Shown piece after piece: positions 1-9,035 of a DNA stretch of 64,000 nt. This DNA comes from Gemmatimonadota bacterium (GTDB taxonomy: Bacteria; Gemmatimonadota; Gemmatimonadetes; Palauibacterales; Palauibacteraceae). Under the pieces are notes generated by a model. That model had not been told where the DNA came from, did not search any database, and saw only the letters and a list, made by a program, of their open reading frames with translations. The stretch covers positions 2,843,274 to 2,907,273 of the forward strand of contig CP070670.1 of NCBI GenBank assembly GCA_020351855.1, read 5' to 3'. The first letter of the stretch is position 1. Every line of letters begins with the position of its first letter. The translations under genes and the position numbers were made by a program.

Positions 1-752
1 GCCGGGCGGGCGGCGCGGACGGAGATCCAGCAGCGGCCAGCCCGACGGCCGGCACCGGCCTGCCACCGCGCGGACGTCCGGCGTGGTTCGTCGCCGGGCT
101 TCTCTGCCTGTGGGCCGCGTTGGATTGGCCGATCGGGGCCCTCGGTGCCGGCTATCTGGCCGGGGTCCACATGCTCCAGTTCGTCCTCATCGCCCTGGTC
201 TCACCGGCGCTGCTGCTGCTCGGAATCCCACCGGGTCGTCCGGACCTCGGGCGGCGGACCGCGATGGCCCTGAAAGTGGGCTCGCAACCGCTCATCGCGC
301 TGATCCTCTTCAACCTCATCATCATCGTCACCCACCTCCCAGCCGTCGTCGACTCCCTCATGGTCTCCCAGTTCGGCTCCTTCGCGATCGACGTGCTCTG
401 GCTCGCAGGCGGCATCCTGTTCTGGTGGCCGGTCGTGCTCGATCGGCCCGCACGACCCTACTTCGGATACCCGATGAAGATCGGGTATCTGATCCTCGCC
501 ACCATCGTGAATGCCGGAACGTTCCTCTACCTGACGTTCAGCGAACTGCCGGTGTATGCGACGTACGAGCTTGCCCCGCCCGTGTACGGCCTCTCGGCGC
601 GCGATGATCAGCGCATCGCGGGCATCCTGATGAAGGTGGGGACGGTCGCGGTGCTGTGGACGGCCATCAGCGTGCTGTTTTACCGGTGGTATCGGAGGGA
701 GTCGGTCGAGGCGCAAACGACAGCTGGCGGCGGATCCGACGACGCGCCGTAG
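1..752 (+). CDS. CtaG-like (caa3-type) cytochrome c oxidase assembly membrane protein, 5' partial
   Basis: Frame open from base 3; multiple TM helices; family motifs HMLQ, THLP, GILFWWPV and DDQRIAGILMK. Confidence 0.8.
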   Translation, partial: RAGGADGDPAAASPTAGTGLPPRGRPAWFVAGLLCLWAALDWPIGALGAGYLAGVHMLQFVLIALVSPALLLLGIPPGRPDLGRRTAMALKVGSQPLIALILFNLIIIVTHLPAVVDSLMVSQFGSFAIDVLWLAGGILFWWPVVLDRPARPYFGYPMKIGYLILATIVNAGTFLYLTFSELPVYATYELAPPVYGLSARDDQRIAGILMKVGTVAVLWTAISVLFYRWYRRESVEAQTTAGGGSDDAP

Positions 753-766
753 TCGATCTTCGCCCG

Positions 767-985
767 TCAGGCGAGCGAAGCCTTATATCCGGCTGCCTCG
801 ACGGCACCGATCAACCGGGCACCCGCCGCGTCCGGCGCCACGGAAGCGATGGCGCGCCCCTCGTCCAGTCGCACCTCGACCTCCTCGACGCCGGGAACGC
901 CGTCGAGAGCCTCCCGCACCGCGGCGGCGCAGCCCTCGCACTTCATGCCCTCGATCACGAGCGTCAGGTGGCGGGTCGACGTCAT
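767..985 (-). CDS. Heavy-metal-associated (HMA) domain protein, CopZ-like copper chaperone
   Basis: 72 aa; GMKCEGC metal-binding motif; C-terminal AGY; GGAG RBS upstream. Confidence 0.85.
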   Translation of the reverse strand: MTSTRHLTLVIEGMKCEGCAAAVREALDGVPGVEEVEVRLDEGRAIASVAPDAAGARLIGAVEAAGYKASLA

Positions 986-1086
986 TGCTCCCTCCTCGCT
1001 ACGGTCGGGACTCGGCCATGTCCCCGCGGCATCATCCTAGGGGCGGAGCCAGCGGCGAACTACCCCCTTAACCGCATGCTCCGACG

Positions 1087-1118
1087 AAAGAAAGAGGGGC
1101 GACCGACCGGTCGCCCCT
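1087..1118 (-). terminator. Rho-independent terminator downstream of tonB
   Basis: Stem AGGGGCGACC/GGTCGCCCCT (10 bp), 4-nt loop, followed on the minus strand by CTTTCTTT. Confidence 0.7.
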
Positions 1119-1166
1119 GGCAGACGCCCCGGCACGCCGGGTCGTCGGCAGCGCTGACTGGCTGCC

Positions 1167-1850
1167 TCAGTGCACCTCGAACGTGATGGCCTGCTGGACC
1201 CAGACGGGCGTCTTTTTGTCGCGGTTCTGAGCCGGCTTGAACTCCATCGCATCGGCGCAATGGAGGGCGACCTTGTCCATCGCCTGGAAACCGCTGGACT
1301 GCTGTACCTGCGCCTTCAGGACGTTGCCGTCCCGGTCGATGTAGATCCAGAGCACGACCTTGCCCTCGATTCGCGCCTCGCGGAGCGCCGGCGGGTAGTC
1401 CCGCTTGAGCATCTTCTGGATCTCGCCTCCGTTCAGCAGCTTCGGCGGAACATCGTAGGGAATGAACGTGGGCCGGTCCTCTGGGTTGGCGCCCGTGGCC
1501 GCGGGAGGTGGGGCGAGGTTCTCGACCGGGTTCGACTCGAAGGTCGTTGGAGCGATCGTCACGTCCTCGTCCACCGTCGTCGCCGCCACCTTGGGCGTCG
1601 CCGGCCGCGCGATCATCTCCGGCGGAGGCGGAACGTGGACCTCAGGCGGCAACTCGATCGCCTCGATCTCCTCCATCTCCCCGGAGAGGTCTGCTGCCTG
1701 CAGGTTCGGGAACAGGGTAAAGAAGGCGAAGTGGAGCCCAACGGCGACGATCACGCCGAAGCCGACCCAATCCTTGTAGTGCGACTTGAAAGACTCGTTG
1801 GCGGACGCGGGGACTCCTCCCTCCGCAGCCGGCTGCCCGTTCCTTGCCAT
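1167..1850 (-). CDS. tonB: Energy transducer TonB
   Basis: N-terminal TM with His (AVGLH), Pro-rich linker, C-terminal TonB domain (YPPALREARIEGKV...SSG...D...FKPA). Confidence 0.85.
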   Translation of the reverse strand: MARNGQPAAEGGVPASANESFKSHYKDWVGFGVIVAVGLHFAFFTLFPNLQAADLSGEMEEIEAIELPPEVHVPPPPEMIARPATPKVAATTVDEDVTIAPTTFESNPVENLAPPPAATGANPEDRPTFIPYDVPPKLLNGGEIQKMLKRDYPPALREARIEGKVVLWIYIDRDGNVLKAQVQQSSGFQAMDKVALHCADAMEFKPAQNRDKKTPVWVQQAITFEVH

Positions 1851-2218
1851 CGTTCCCCCTTTATGCCCGCAGCACCGGCGGCATGGTGCGCCGGAAGCCG
1901 GGATCTGGCACGCACACTATGGCGGTTCCCATGGCCCGCGGGGCGGACGGCACGACCCGTTGCGACCGCTTCACCCCCGATACCGCATTGAAGGTAGATT
2001 CGCGAGGGCTCAAGCGTCTGTCGGGAAACCGCTTTGATCGGATGTGGGGAGTTTCCCTCAGACCCCTGATTCGACTCGTCGCAAGCGCCCGGCGGTACGC
2101 GGCAGGGCCCAAATGCGGCCCGATCTCGATCGAGCCTCTGGTCAACCGGCCCGCGGCTCGCAAGGTTACTCGATTCTCGATGCCACAGGGTCGACACGAA
2201 GACGAAGGGGAACACGCC

Positions 2219-2971
2219 GTGGTCAAACCGTTCGATAGCGAGAGCAACGCCGATGCCGGACGGCGCCGGCTCCTGGGTCGGAAGCGCTCCGCGGCCCTAC
2301 GAGAGGTCGAGGCGCTCCTCGCGGGGTGCGAGGAGCTCCGGGACGTCACCGCAGAGGACGTGGCGGCAGCGAACGCGAGGCAAGGCGTGACCGTCGATCG
2401 GCGGTATCGGGTCGTGTGCCGCGAGCTCTACCGGCGCTTCTTCGAGCAGTGCCTCGAGGACCACAGGCTCAGCGGCAGCGAGCGGGGCGATCTCGCTCAC
2501 TTGAAGAACATTCTCGGGCTGGATGCGGAGGACGTCGGGACGGTGCACGATGAGGTCTCGCGTGCCGTCTACGGGCAGGCGGTCGAGGGGGTGCTTGAGG
2601 ACCACCTCGTCGATCCGGAGGAGGCGGACTTCCTCCGGCAGCTGCGCGAGGAGTTGGAGCTGGCGGACCATATCGCCGAGAGCCTGTACGAGACGGAGGA
2701 GCGACGGGCACGACACCGCTACTTCTCCAAGACCGTATCCGCCGACAGCACGCTGCTCGCGTCGCACGTCGCGACACTCGAATTGAGCGGGCGCTCGAAA
2801 AAGGGTGTGGAGGAGGCGGTGATCGATGCGCTCGAGGAGGCCTGCCGCGCAGTCCCTGAGCTCGCTTCGGCCGAGCTCAGTCAGGTGCGGGTGAAGGTCC
2901 GCGACGGCAAGGTCACCGAGTGGGAGGTCGACCTCAAGGCGCGGCTCGATCGGAGCGGAAGACGGGACTAG
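2219..2971 (+). CDS. Hypothetical protein: TerB/Tic110-like helical repeats plus C-terminal dodecin-like domain
   Basis: GTG at 2219 after GAAGGGG RBS (alternative ATG at 2180); two repeats of Y...LED....E...L..L...L.L; C-terminus LELSGRSKKGVEEAV...VRVKVRDGKVTEWEVDLK aligns by eye to dodecin. Confidence 0.7.
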   Translation: MVKPFDSESNADAGRRRLLGRKRSAALREVEALLAGCEELRDVTAEDVAAANARQGVTVDRRYRVVCRELYRRFFEQCLEDHRLSGSERGDLAHLKNILGLDAEDVGTVHDEVSRAVYGQAVEGVLEDHLVDPEEADFLRQLREELELADHIAESLYETEERRARHRYFSKTVSADSTLLASHVATLELSGRSKKGVEEAVIDALEEACRAVPELASAELSQVRVKVRDGKVTEWEVDLKARLDRSGRRD

Positions 2972-4101
2972 CCGCCGCCCCGGCCGACGTCCCTCGTCCA
3001 GGGTTCGGGCCGCTCCGCTCGTCCCATGAGGTAGGTGAGCGCCACGGCGGCCAGGGCGGCGACGGTCGCCAAGCCCAGAAGAGCGGCCGGTAGCAGCCTG
3101 CGGGGCTCGAGCGCCCGCCCTCGCACCTCCGACCTGTCGATCTCGGCGACGACCGCCCAGCGCACCCCCTCGAAGTCGAAGGGACCGAACGCGGCGAGCG
3201 AGGGGATGCCACGGTAGTCCGTCGCTTCGTCCATGCCCGTCTCGCCGGCCAGCGCCCGCCGCGCCGGCTCCGTGTCCACCCGCGTGCGGAGGATCGTGCT
3301 GGTCCCCGAGAATCGGGAGTCGCTCCGCATCAGCCCGTCCCGGCCCACCAGGTAAGTCTCCCCCGTATCACCCATTCCGCCGGTGAACTGCATGATGTGG
3401 TCGATGCCGCTTACGGGGATCTGGAACGCCAGCACCCCCAGGAACTCCCCATCCTCCCCCCGGACGGCGCTGGCCACGAAGCTCGCCGGCTCGTCCCCAC
3501 TCGGCGCGTAGGGCTCGAAGTCGGTGAACGCGACGAAGTCCTCGGACTCGGCATCACGAGCTGCGCGGAAGGCGCGTCCGAGGCCCGTGTCCCGCCACGC
3601 GCCGGCGACGAAATCCGTCGCGAAGTCGGGCTCCTTGGCGACGGTGTAGAGCAGGTGGCCTTCGGCATCGAACAGGAAGACATCGTCGTACCCGTGGTAT
3701 TGGATAAAGCGGAGGGCGTTCGGATGCACGGCCTCGTGCAGCCGGCTGTACAGCGAGCCGTCGGCCGCGGCAGTCAATCGATGTCTGCCGTCCTCCTGGT
3801 AGGGATTCTCCTGGATATACAGGCGCTGCAGTCGAGCGGACGGATCGTCCGGCAACTGTTCCCATGCCCTCCCCAACTCGATGACGGCGTCCCGAAGCCC
3901 CGGCAGTTCGCTCCACAGCAGGACCTCGGAGCGGGTCGTCTCCAGATACTCGCGGAGCGCCGAGCGTCGCAGCTCCATGAGGGTGAGCAAATATCCCTTC
4001 GCCTCCTCGACCTCGGACCGCACCGTCCGGGCGAGGATCGCCCCAATCACCAGCGCGAGCGCGATCACCGCGACGGCCAGCGTCCCGACGAGCCGCCTCA
4101 C
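2968..4101 (-). CDS. Membrane protein with periplasmic dCache-type sensor domain and no cytoplasmic output domain
   Basis: TM-Cache-TM; motifs GYDDVFLFD..G..LYTVAKE.DF, FEPYAPS, GETYLVG.DGLMRSDSRF as in MCP/cyclase sensors; only about 18 aa after TM2. Confidence 0.8.
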   Translation of the reverse strand: MRRLVGTLAVAVIALALVIGAILARTVRSEVEEAKGYLLTLMELRRSALREYLETTRSEVLLWSELPGLRDAVIELGRAWEQLPDDPSARLQRLYIQENPYQEDGRHRLTAAADGSLYSRLHEAVHPNALRFIQYHGYDDVFLFDAEGHLLYTVAKEPDFATDFVAGAWRDTGLGRAFRAARDAESEDFVAFTDFEPYAPSGDEPASFVASAVRGEDGEFLGVLAFQIPVSGIDHIMQFTGGMGDTGETYLVGRDGLMRSDSRFSGTSTILRTRVDTEPARRALAGETGMDEATDYRGIPSLAAFGPFDFEGVRWAVVAEIDRSEVRGRALEPRRLLPAALLGLATVAALAAVALTYLMGRAERPEPWTRDVGRGGG

Positions 4102-5375
4102 GCGCCGTCTCCCGGTGAAGCTGGGCTGCGGAACGTCGCCTCGCGCCGTCTCAGCGTCCCGTCGACCAGGCTCCAGGTGAACCAGAAGAAATGGAAGCCG
4201 TCCGGGCTGATGAGTCCGACCTCGGCGTCATCGACTACGGCAGCCGCGAGCGCGAACAGCCGCCTGCGGCAATCCCGTAGCTCCTCGGGATCGGTGGTGC
4301 CGTCCGCCTGCACGCCCAGATCGAGGACCTCCTTGTTGTAACGGTCGATTCTCTTCTTCTTGCGACGCGAGCCCAGCTGGAGGATGCCCGAGCCCAGCAG
4401 GGCGGCCAAGGTGACGAGAAGTGCGAGAGGCTCCGCATTCTCCTGCACGAACGAGGGACGGTCGCGGTCGTAGAACCGTTGCGCGCCCGGATGCACGAGA
4501 ACGTACGTGCCGCCACCGAGGCTCGGCGCGGAGATAAAGCCGGCCAGCGACGTGAGGTTCATGAGCTCGCTACGGCGCTCGAACAGGACTCTGGTGAGCG
4601 TGTGGACGACTCGGGCGTCCAGGTCGCGACTGGCCACGAGGAGCCGTTGCACGGCCACCGTCGGCATGTCGCTCTCCGGTATCGGCGGATAACCGCGGTA
4701 GGATCCGGTGGGGATGATCCCGGGTTCCAATGCCGGCTGCCGCAGTTGGAGCGCCGCCGCCTGGGCGATGGGGACGATCCGCGTCGGGACCGATTCGATC
4801 AGCTCAAGGATGGCGGGGTTTCCCGCCGCACGCACTCGGAAGACGGCGTCGACGGCGCCATTGATGAGCGCATAGCTGGAGGATGCGGCGGACATCGGGA
4901 CGGCGCGAACGTCATCCGCGCCAAGCTCGTAGTGCTCGGCGAGAAACCAGAACGACTCGTACTGGCCGCCCCCCTGCGGGGGGAGCGCGACGCGCTTGCC
5001 CCTCAGATCCGCCACGTGGCGGATCCCGGAGTCCTCCCGGACGATGAGCTGGAAGAGATCGGGGTACAGGAGAGCGACCAGCCGCTCCGCCCGCCCCATC
5101 CGCACGTCCGCCTGCACGGTGGCCAGCTCGACCCGGCCCTCCTCGAGGAGACGCGTGTTCACGTGGGACCCCGCCGTCTCCACGACCTCCACCGAGAGCT
5201 CGGGGTGATGCCGCTCCACGACTTCGGCGAACGCGGTCGCGATGGCGTAAGCCTCCCCTTCGGCTGGCCCTGCCGCAATGGTGACTCGCTGTGCATGTCC
5301 CTCGCGCAACGCCAGGGCGAGCGCCAGCGCAGCGAGAACGAACAGGGCCAAGATCGTCAAGGCGCGAAGGCTCAC
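4098..5375 (-). CDS. TAXI-family TRAP solute receptor with C-terminal TM helix and cytoplasmic tail
   Basis: IAAGP..G.AY, ETAGS..N, VQAD, LRGKRV, HPGA.RFY motifs; extra TM (PLALLVTLAALLGSGIL) and about 85-aa tail. Confidence 0.85.
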   Translation of the reverse strand: MSLRALTILALFVLAALALALALREGHAQRVTIAAGPAEGEAYAIATAFAEVVERHHPELSVEVVETAGSHVNTRLLEEGRVELATVQADVRMGRAERLVALLYPDLFQLIVREDSGIRHVADLRGKRVALPPQGGGQYESFWFLAEHYELGADDVRAVPMSAASSSYALINGAVDAVFRVRAAGNPAILELIESVPTRIVPIAQAAALQLRQPALEPGIIPTGSYRGYPPIPESDMPTVAVQRLLVASRDLDARVVHTLTRVLFERRSELMNLTSLAGFISAPSLGGGTYVLVHPGAQRFYDRDRPSFVQENAEPLALLVTLAALLGSGILQLGSRRKKKRIDRYNKEVLDLGVQADGTTDPEELRDCRRRLFALAAAVVDDAEVGLISPDGFHFFWFTWSLVDGTLRRREATFRSPASPGDGA

Positions 5376-5722
5376 GAATCCTCCGCCTCATAGGCCCGTC
5401 GCAGCTCGGCCGCGATCCGCGCGCGGACGTCGGGAGCGGCGAAGGCGGCCCCGATGGCGTCCAGATTGGCGCTGAGCAAGCGCTCTCTTCCCCAGCCAAA
5501 CGCTCGCGCGAGCCGCTCGTACTCCCCGGTCAGGTCGACATCGCAGAGCGTGCGGCCGTCCGTGTTGACACCGAGCCGCACGCCCGCCGCGCGCAGCCGC
5601 TCGATCGGGTGATCGGCCAGGGTGGCCGCGATGTCCGTCTGCACGTTGGATGTGGGGCACACCTCCAGATGAATCTCGCGGTGGAGGTGCAGCTCCACTT
5701 TGGGGAGCGAGCGCAGGGTTAT
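5372..5722 (-). pseudogene. add: Adenosine deaminase remnant with large in-frame internal deletion
   Basis: N-terminal motif LRSLPKVELHLH runs directly into C-terminal REIHLEVCPTSNVQT...HPI...VNTD; expected start reads ATA; the central HAGE region is absent. Confidence 0.8.
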
Positions 5723-6132
5723 CGTCTTTCCGGACGCTGAAGGTTGTCGAGGGCCCGATCCACGGCGGCCTTGGCCGACGTCGTGATGCCCCCTCGCTGA
5801 TACTCCTCGACAACCATGTCCTCCAGCCGCTGAAGGAGAACATCGAGGCCGGACGGGGGGCTGTCCGCCGTGCCCTCCGGCAGGAGACGATCGGCCGCGC
5901 TGAACAGGTTGATCCAGCGCTCCGTCTGGCGTCCGAACAGGACGACGTCGTAGAAATTGCGGCCTGCACGGGCACCGATCCCGAGCAGGTCCATCACGGC
6001 GGCTACGATGGACAGCGGAATCATCGCGGCGTCCCGCAGCCCATCCACGAACAGCTTGCCCTGGAAGACGAGGGCGTCGCGCACGAGTTCCCAGCGCGAT
6101 GTCGTCGCCGGTACGGGCAGATGGCTACTCAT
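5719..6132 (-). CDS. Hypothetical protein
   Basis: 137-aa ORF with GGAG RBS and a hydrophobic segment; stop overlaps the add remnant. Confidence 0.7.
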   Translation of the reverse strand: MSSHLPVPATTSRWELVRDALVFQGKLFVDGLRDAAMIPLSIVAAVMDLLGIGARAGRNFYDVVLFGRQTERWINLFSAADRLLPEGTADSPPSGLDVLLQRLEDMVVEEYQRGGITTSAKAAVDRALDNLQRPERR

Positions 6133-6404
6133 GGCTCCTCCGAACGGCTGCAGTCCGAAGCTCTCTCTCGGTGGATCCTTCCACGGCTCCTCCCGGGGCG
6201 CTCGAGCGGGCGCCGACCGCCAATGTGGGGCACGATCGGATGCGACGCCCCACTGTATGCCTGATCATACGCGGCCGGCCTCAGCGCAGGCGATGGTTGT
6301 CCGATCGGTGACGCCCGCCCGGCTCCGCGCAACGTTTCCCACGCTCGAACGTACAGTGGGCAGCAGATCCGCACATCGCCCCAAGCCAAGCGGGAGGGAC
6401 CGCC

Positions 6405-8300
6405 ATGCGTCCTCAACATCCGAGGCTGTCCGCCGGCCGGTGCAGCCGGTGGATCGTGCTCGTGACCATCCTGGCCCCTCGCCCGGGTCTCGCGCAGCAG
6501 TCGCTCCAGACCATCGATGCACCGCTACCCCACGCCCACCAGGCGGGGGACCCGACCGTGGAGAACATCCGCTACACGGTGACCTTCGACGAGCGGACGG
6601 CCACTCACCGATCGCTGCACGTCGACATGACGTTCGACGTTTCGGAGGACGGCCCGGTCATCCTGTCGCTTCCCGCCTGGACCCCGGGATCGTACGAGCT
6701 CGATCACTTCGCCCGGCACGTGCGGGGGTTCCAGGCCGAATCGGACGGCAACGCCGTCCGCTGGGACAAGGCGGACTACGACAGCTGGCGTCTACACCCC
6801 GAGCATGCGCGGACCGTGACGGTGAGCTTCGATTACCGGGCCGACACGCTCGACACGGGCATGTCCTGGTCCGCGGACGATTTCGCGTACTTCAACGGAG
6901 CGAACCTGTTTCTCTATCCGGAGGGCCAGGGCTACGACTTCCCGGTCGACGTCACGATCCGCACCGAGCCGGGCTGGGGCGTGTCCACGGGGCTGGAGCC
7001 GGCCGCGAATCCGGGTGACTACTCGGCCCGCGACTATCACGAGGCCGTGGACATGCCGACGTTCATCGGACGCTTCGACCTCGACAGCGCCCGGATCGAC
7101 GGGCGCTGGTACAGGCTCGCGAGCTACCCGGAAGGAGTTCTGGCGGGGGATGAGCGGTCCACGGTATGGCAGCAGGTCCGTGACATCATGCCCCCGCTGC
7201 AGGCGGTGTTCGGAGAGACCCCCTTCGACCGCTACACCATCCTGATGGTCTTCCCCGACGAGTACCCGGGCGGTGCCGCCCTGGAGCACTCCAACTCGCA
7301 CCTGGGGATCTACACGCGCCAGCTCATTGGCAACCCGATCCTCGCCTCGGTGCTCGCCCACGAGATCTTCCATGCCTGGAACGTCAAGCGGCTGAGGCCG
7401 GCGGAGCTCACGCCTTACGAGTACGATCGGCCCCAGCTCACCACGCTTCTCTGGGTGAGCGAGGGGATCACCGACTACTACGCCGACTTGGCTCTGGTGC
7501 GGGGTGGAGTCGTGCAGCCGGAGGGGTTCTATCACCTCACGGCGAACAAGATCAGCACGGTGCGCCGGGCACCCCCCGTCGCTCTGGAAGACGCGTCGCT
7601 CTCCACCTGGATCGAGCCGGATGACGGTACGGCGTTCCTCTACTACCCCAAGGGTTCGCTGGTCGGATTGATGCTCGACATCCTCATCCGCCACCGCTCG
7701 GGCAACCGTGCGTCGCTGGATGACGTAATGCGCTCGCTGTACGAGGCGACGTTCCTGCGGGGCCAGGGCTTTACCGAGGATCAATGGTGGGCGGCTGTGC
7801 TGGAGGCCGCGGGCGGCGATCCGGTGATCGATGTCCAGCGGCTGAGCGCGTCTTACATAGACGGCCGCGAGCCGTATCCGTGGGAGACGGTCCTGCCGCT
7901 GGCGGGCCTGGCCCTCGTGGCGGACACGGCCCGCTACCCGCAGATCGGCTTCCGCGTGGAGCCGGACGCGCGGGGCGTGCGCGTCGTGGGGCTCGACGAT
8001 GACGGCCGGGCGGCGGCAGCCGGCGTCCGTTCGGGCGATTACCTGCTCAGGGTGGGCGAGATCGAGGTGCGGGACGCGGCCTCTCTGTCGGGCTTCCGTC
8101 AGCGGTACGGGCGCGAGGCGGCCGGAAGCCCCGTCGAGATCGACGTGAGGCGCGGGGACGAGGTCATCACCCTGAGCGTGCCGCTGGACCACTCGGAGAG
8201 CGTGCGGTACTCGATCGTGGAGCAGGCCGATGCGGCGGAGGGCGCCCGGCGCATCCGGGAGGGAATTTTGACGGGTCGGACGAGCAGCGGGATGCCGTGA
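6405..8300 (+). CDS. M61 family glycyl aminopeptidase with C-terminal PDZ domain
   Basis: Signal peptide; LPAWTPGSY, GAALEH, HEIFHAWNVKRLRP, LW.SEG.TDYY, YY.KG motifs; PDZ-like C-terminus. Confidence 0.9.
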   Translation: MRPQHPRLSAGRCSRWIVLVTILAPRPGLAQQSLQTIDAPLPHAHQAGDPTVENIRYTVTFDERTATHRSLHVDMTFDVSEDGPVILSLPAWTPGSYELDHFARHVRGFQAESDGNAVRWDKADYDSWRLHPEHARTVTVSFDYRADTLDTGMSWSADDFAYFNGANLFLYPEGQGYDFPVDVTIRTEPGWGVSTGLEPAANPGDYSARDYHEAVDMPTFIGRFDLDSARIDGRWYRLASYPEGVLAGDERSTVWQQVRDIMPPLQAVFGETPFDRYTILMVFPDEYPGGAALEHSNSHLGIYTRQLIGNPILASVLAHEIFHAWNVKRLRPAELTPYEYDRPQLTTLLWVSEGITDYYADLALVRGGVVQPEGFYHLTANKISTVRRAPPVALEDASLSTWIEPDDGTAFLYYPKGSLVGLMLDILIRHRSGNRASLDDVMRSLYEATFLRGQGFTEDQWWAAVLEAAGGDPVIDVQRLSASYIDGREPYPWETVLPLAGLALVADTARYPQIGFRVEPDARGVRVVGLDDDGRAAAAGVRSGDYLLRVGEIEVRDAASLSGFRQRYGREAAGSPVEIDVRRGDEVITLSVPLDHSESVRYSIVEQADAAEGARRIREGILTGRTSSGMP

Positions 8301-8456
8301 CCGAGACGCGGCTTGCCACGGCTCTCCGGAGGGCGCCCGTCTTGTAGGGCGCCGGGGGAGATCGCAGATTGCCGTTCCCCCGCCGGCCGGCGCAGGTGAC
8401 GCCGCGAGTCGGAACCAGTCGGAGGCAGCAGGCAGAATGACGGGCGCGGGTTCACC

Positions 8457-9035
8457 GTGAACACGGGCGATGCTACACCCCCCGGTGACGTGACGCGGCT
8501 TCTGGAAGCCGTTCGCGATGGCGAGCGCGAGGCGCTCGACCGACTCCTACCTCTCGTGTACGACGAGCTCCGTGACCTCGCTCGTCGACAGATGTGGCGC
8601 GAGCGGCCCGATCACACGCTCCACGCCACCGCTCTCGTCCACGAGGCGTACGTGAAGCTGGCGGGCGGAGGTCGCGTGGAGGCTGCCGATCGGGCCCACT
8701 TCCTCGCGATCGCGGCCCACGCGATGCGACAGGTTCTGGTGGACCACGCGCGGCGCCACATGGCGGCCAAGCGCGGGGGGGGCTGGGAGGTCACGACGCT
8801 CGCCGACGGTCATCGGGCGCTGGATTTCCGCCCCGAGGAGATCCTCACCCTCGACCGGGCTCTCGAACGGCTCGAGCCGAGACAGCGACAGGTCGTGGAG
8901 TACCGGTTCTTCGCCGGGCTTGAGGAAGCGGAGATCGCTGCCCTGCTGGAGGTGTCCGAGCGGACGGTGCGGCGTGACTGGGTGAAGGCCAGGGCCTGGC
9001 TGTATCGCGAGCTGTATCCGGAAGCGGAATCGTAG
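8457..9035 (+). CDS. ECF-type RNA polymerase sigma factor (TIGR02999-like, kinase-associated)
   Basis: LLPLVYDELR, HTLHATALVHEAY, MRQVLVDHAR, RFFAGL, SERTV.RDW motifs; TAG/GTG overlap with the kinase. Confidence 0.9.
   Translation: MNTGDATPPGDVTRLLEAVRDGEREALDRLLPLVYDELRDLARRQMWRERPDHTLHATALVHEAYVKLAGGGRVEAADRAHFLAIAAHAMRQVLVDHARRHMAAKRGGGWEVTTLADGHRALDFRPEEILTLDRALERLEPRQRQVVEYRFFAGLEEAEIAALLEVSERTVRRDWVKARAWLYRELYPEAES

Noticed and set aside
1900-1965. Sigma-54 promoter candidates (TGGCACGC..., CGGCACGACCCGTTGC)
   Set aside because: GG-to-GC spacing is wrong (11 nt) or the -12 element is missing
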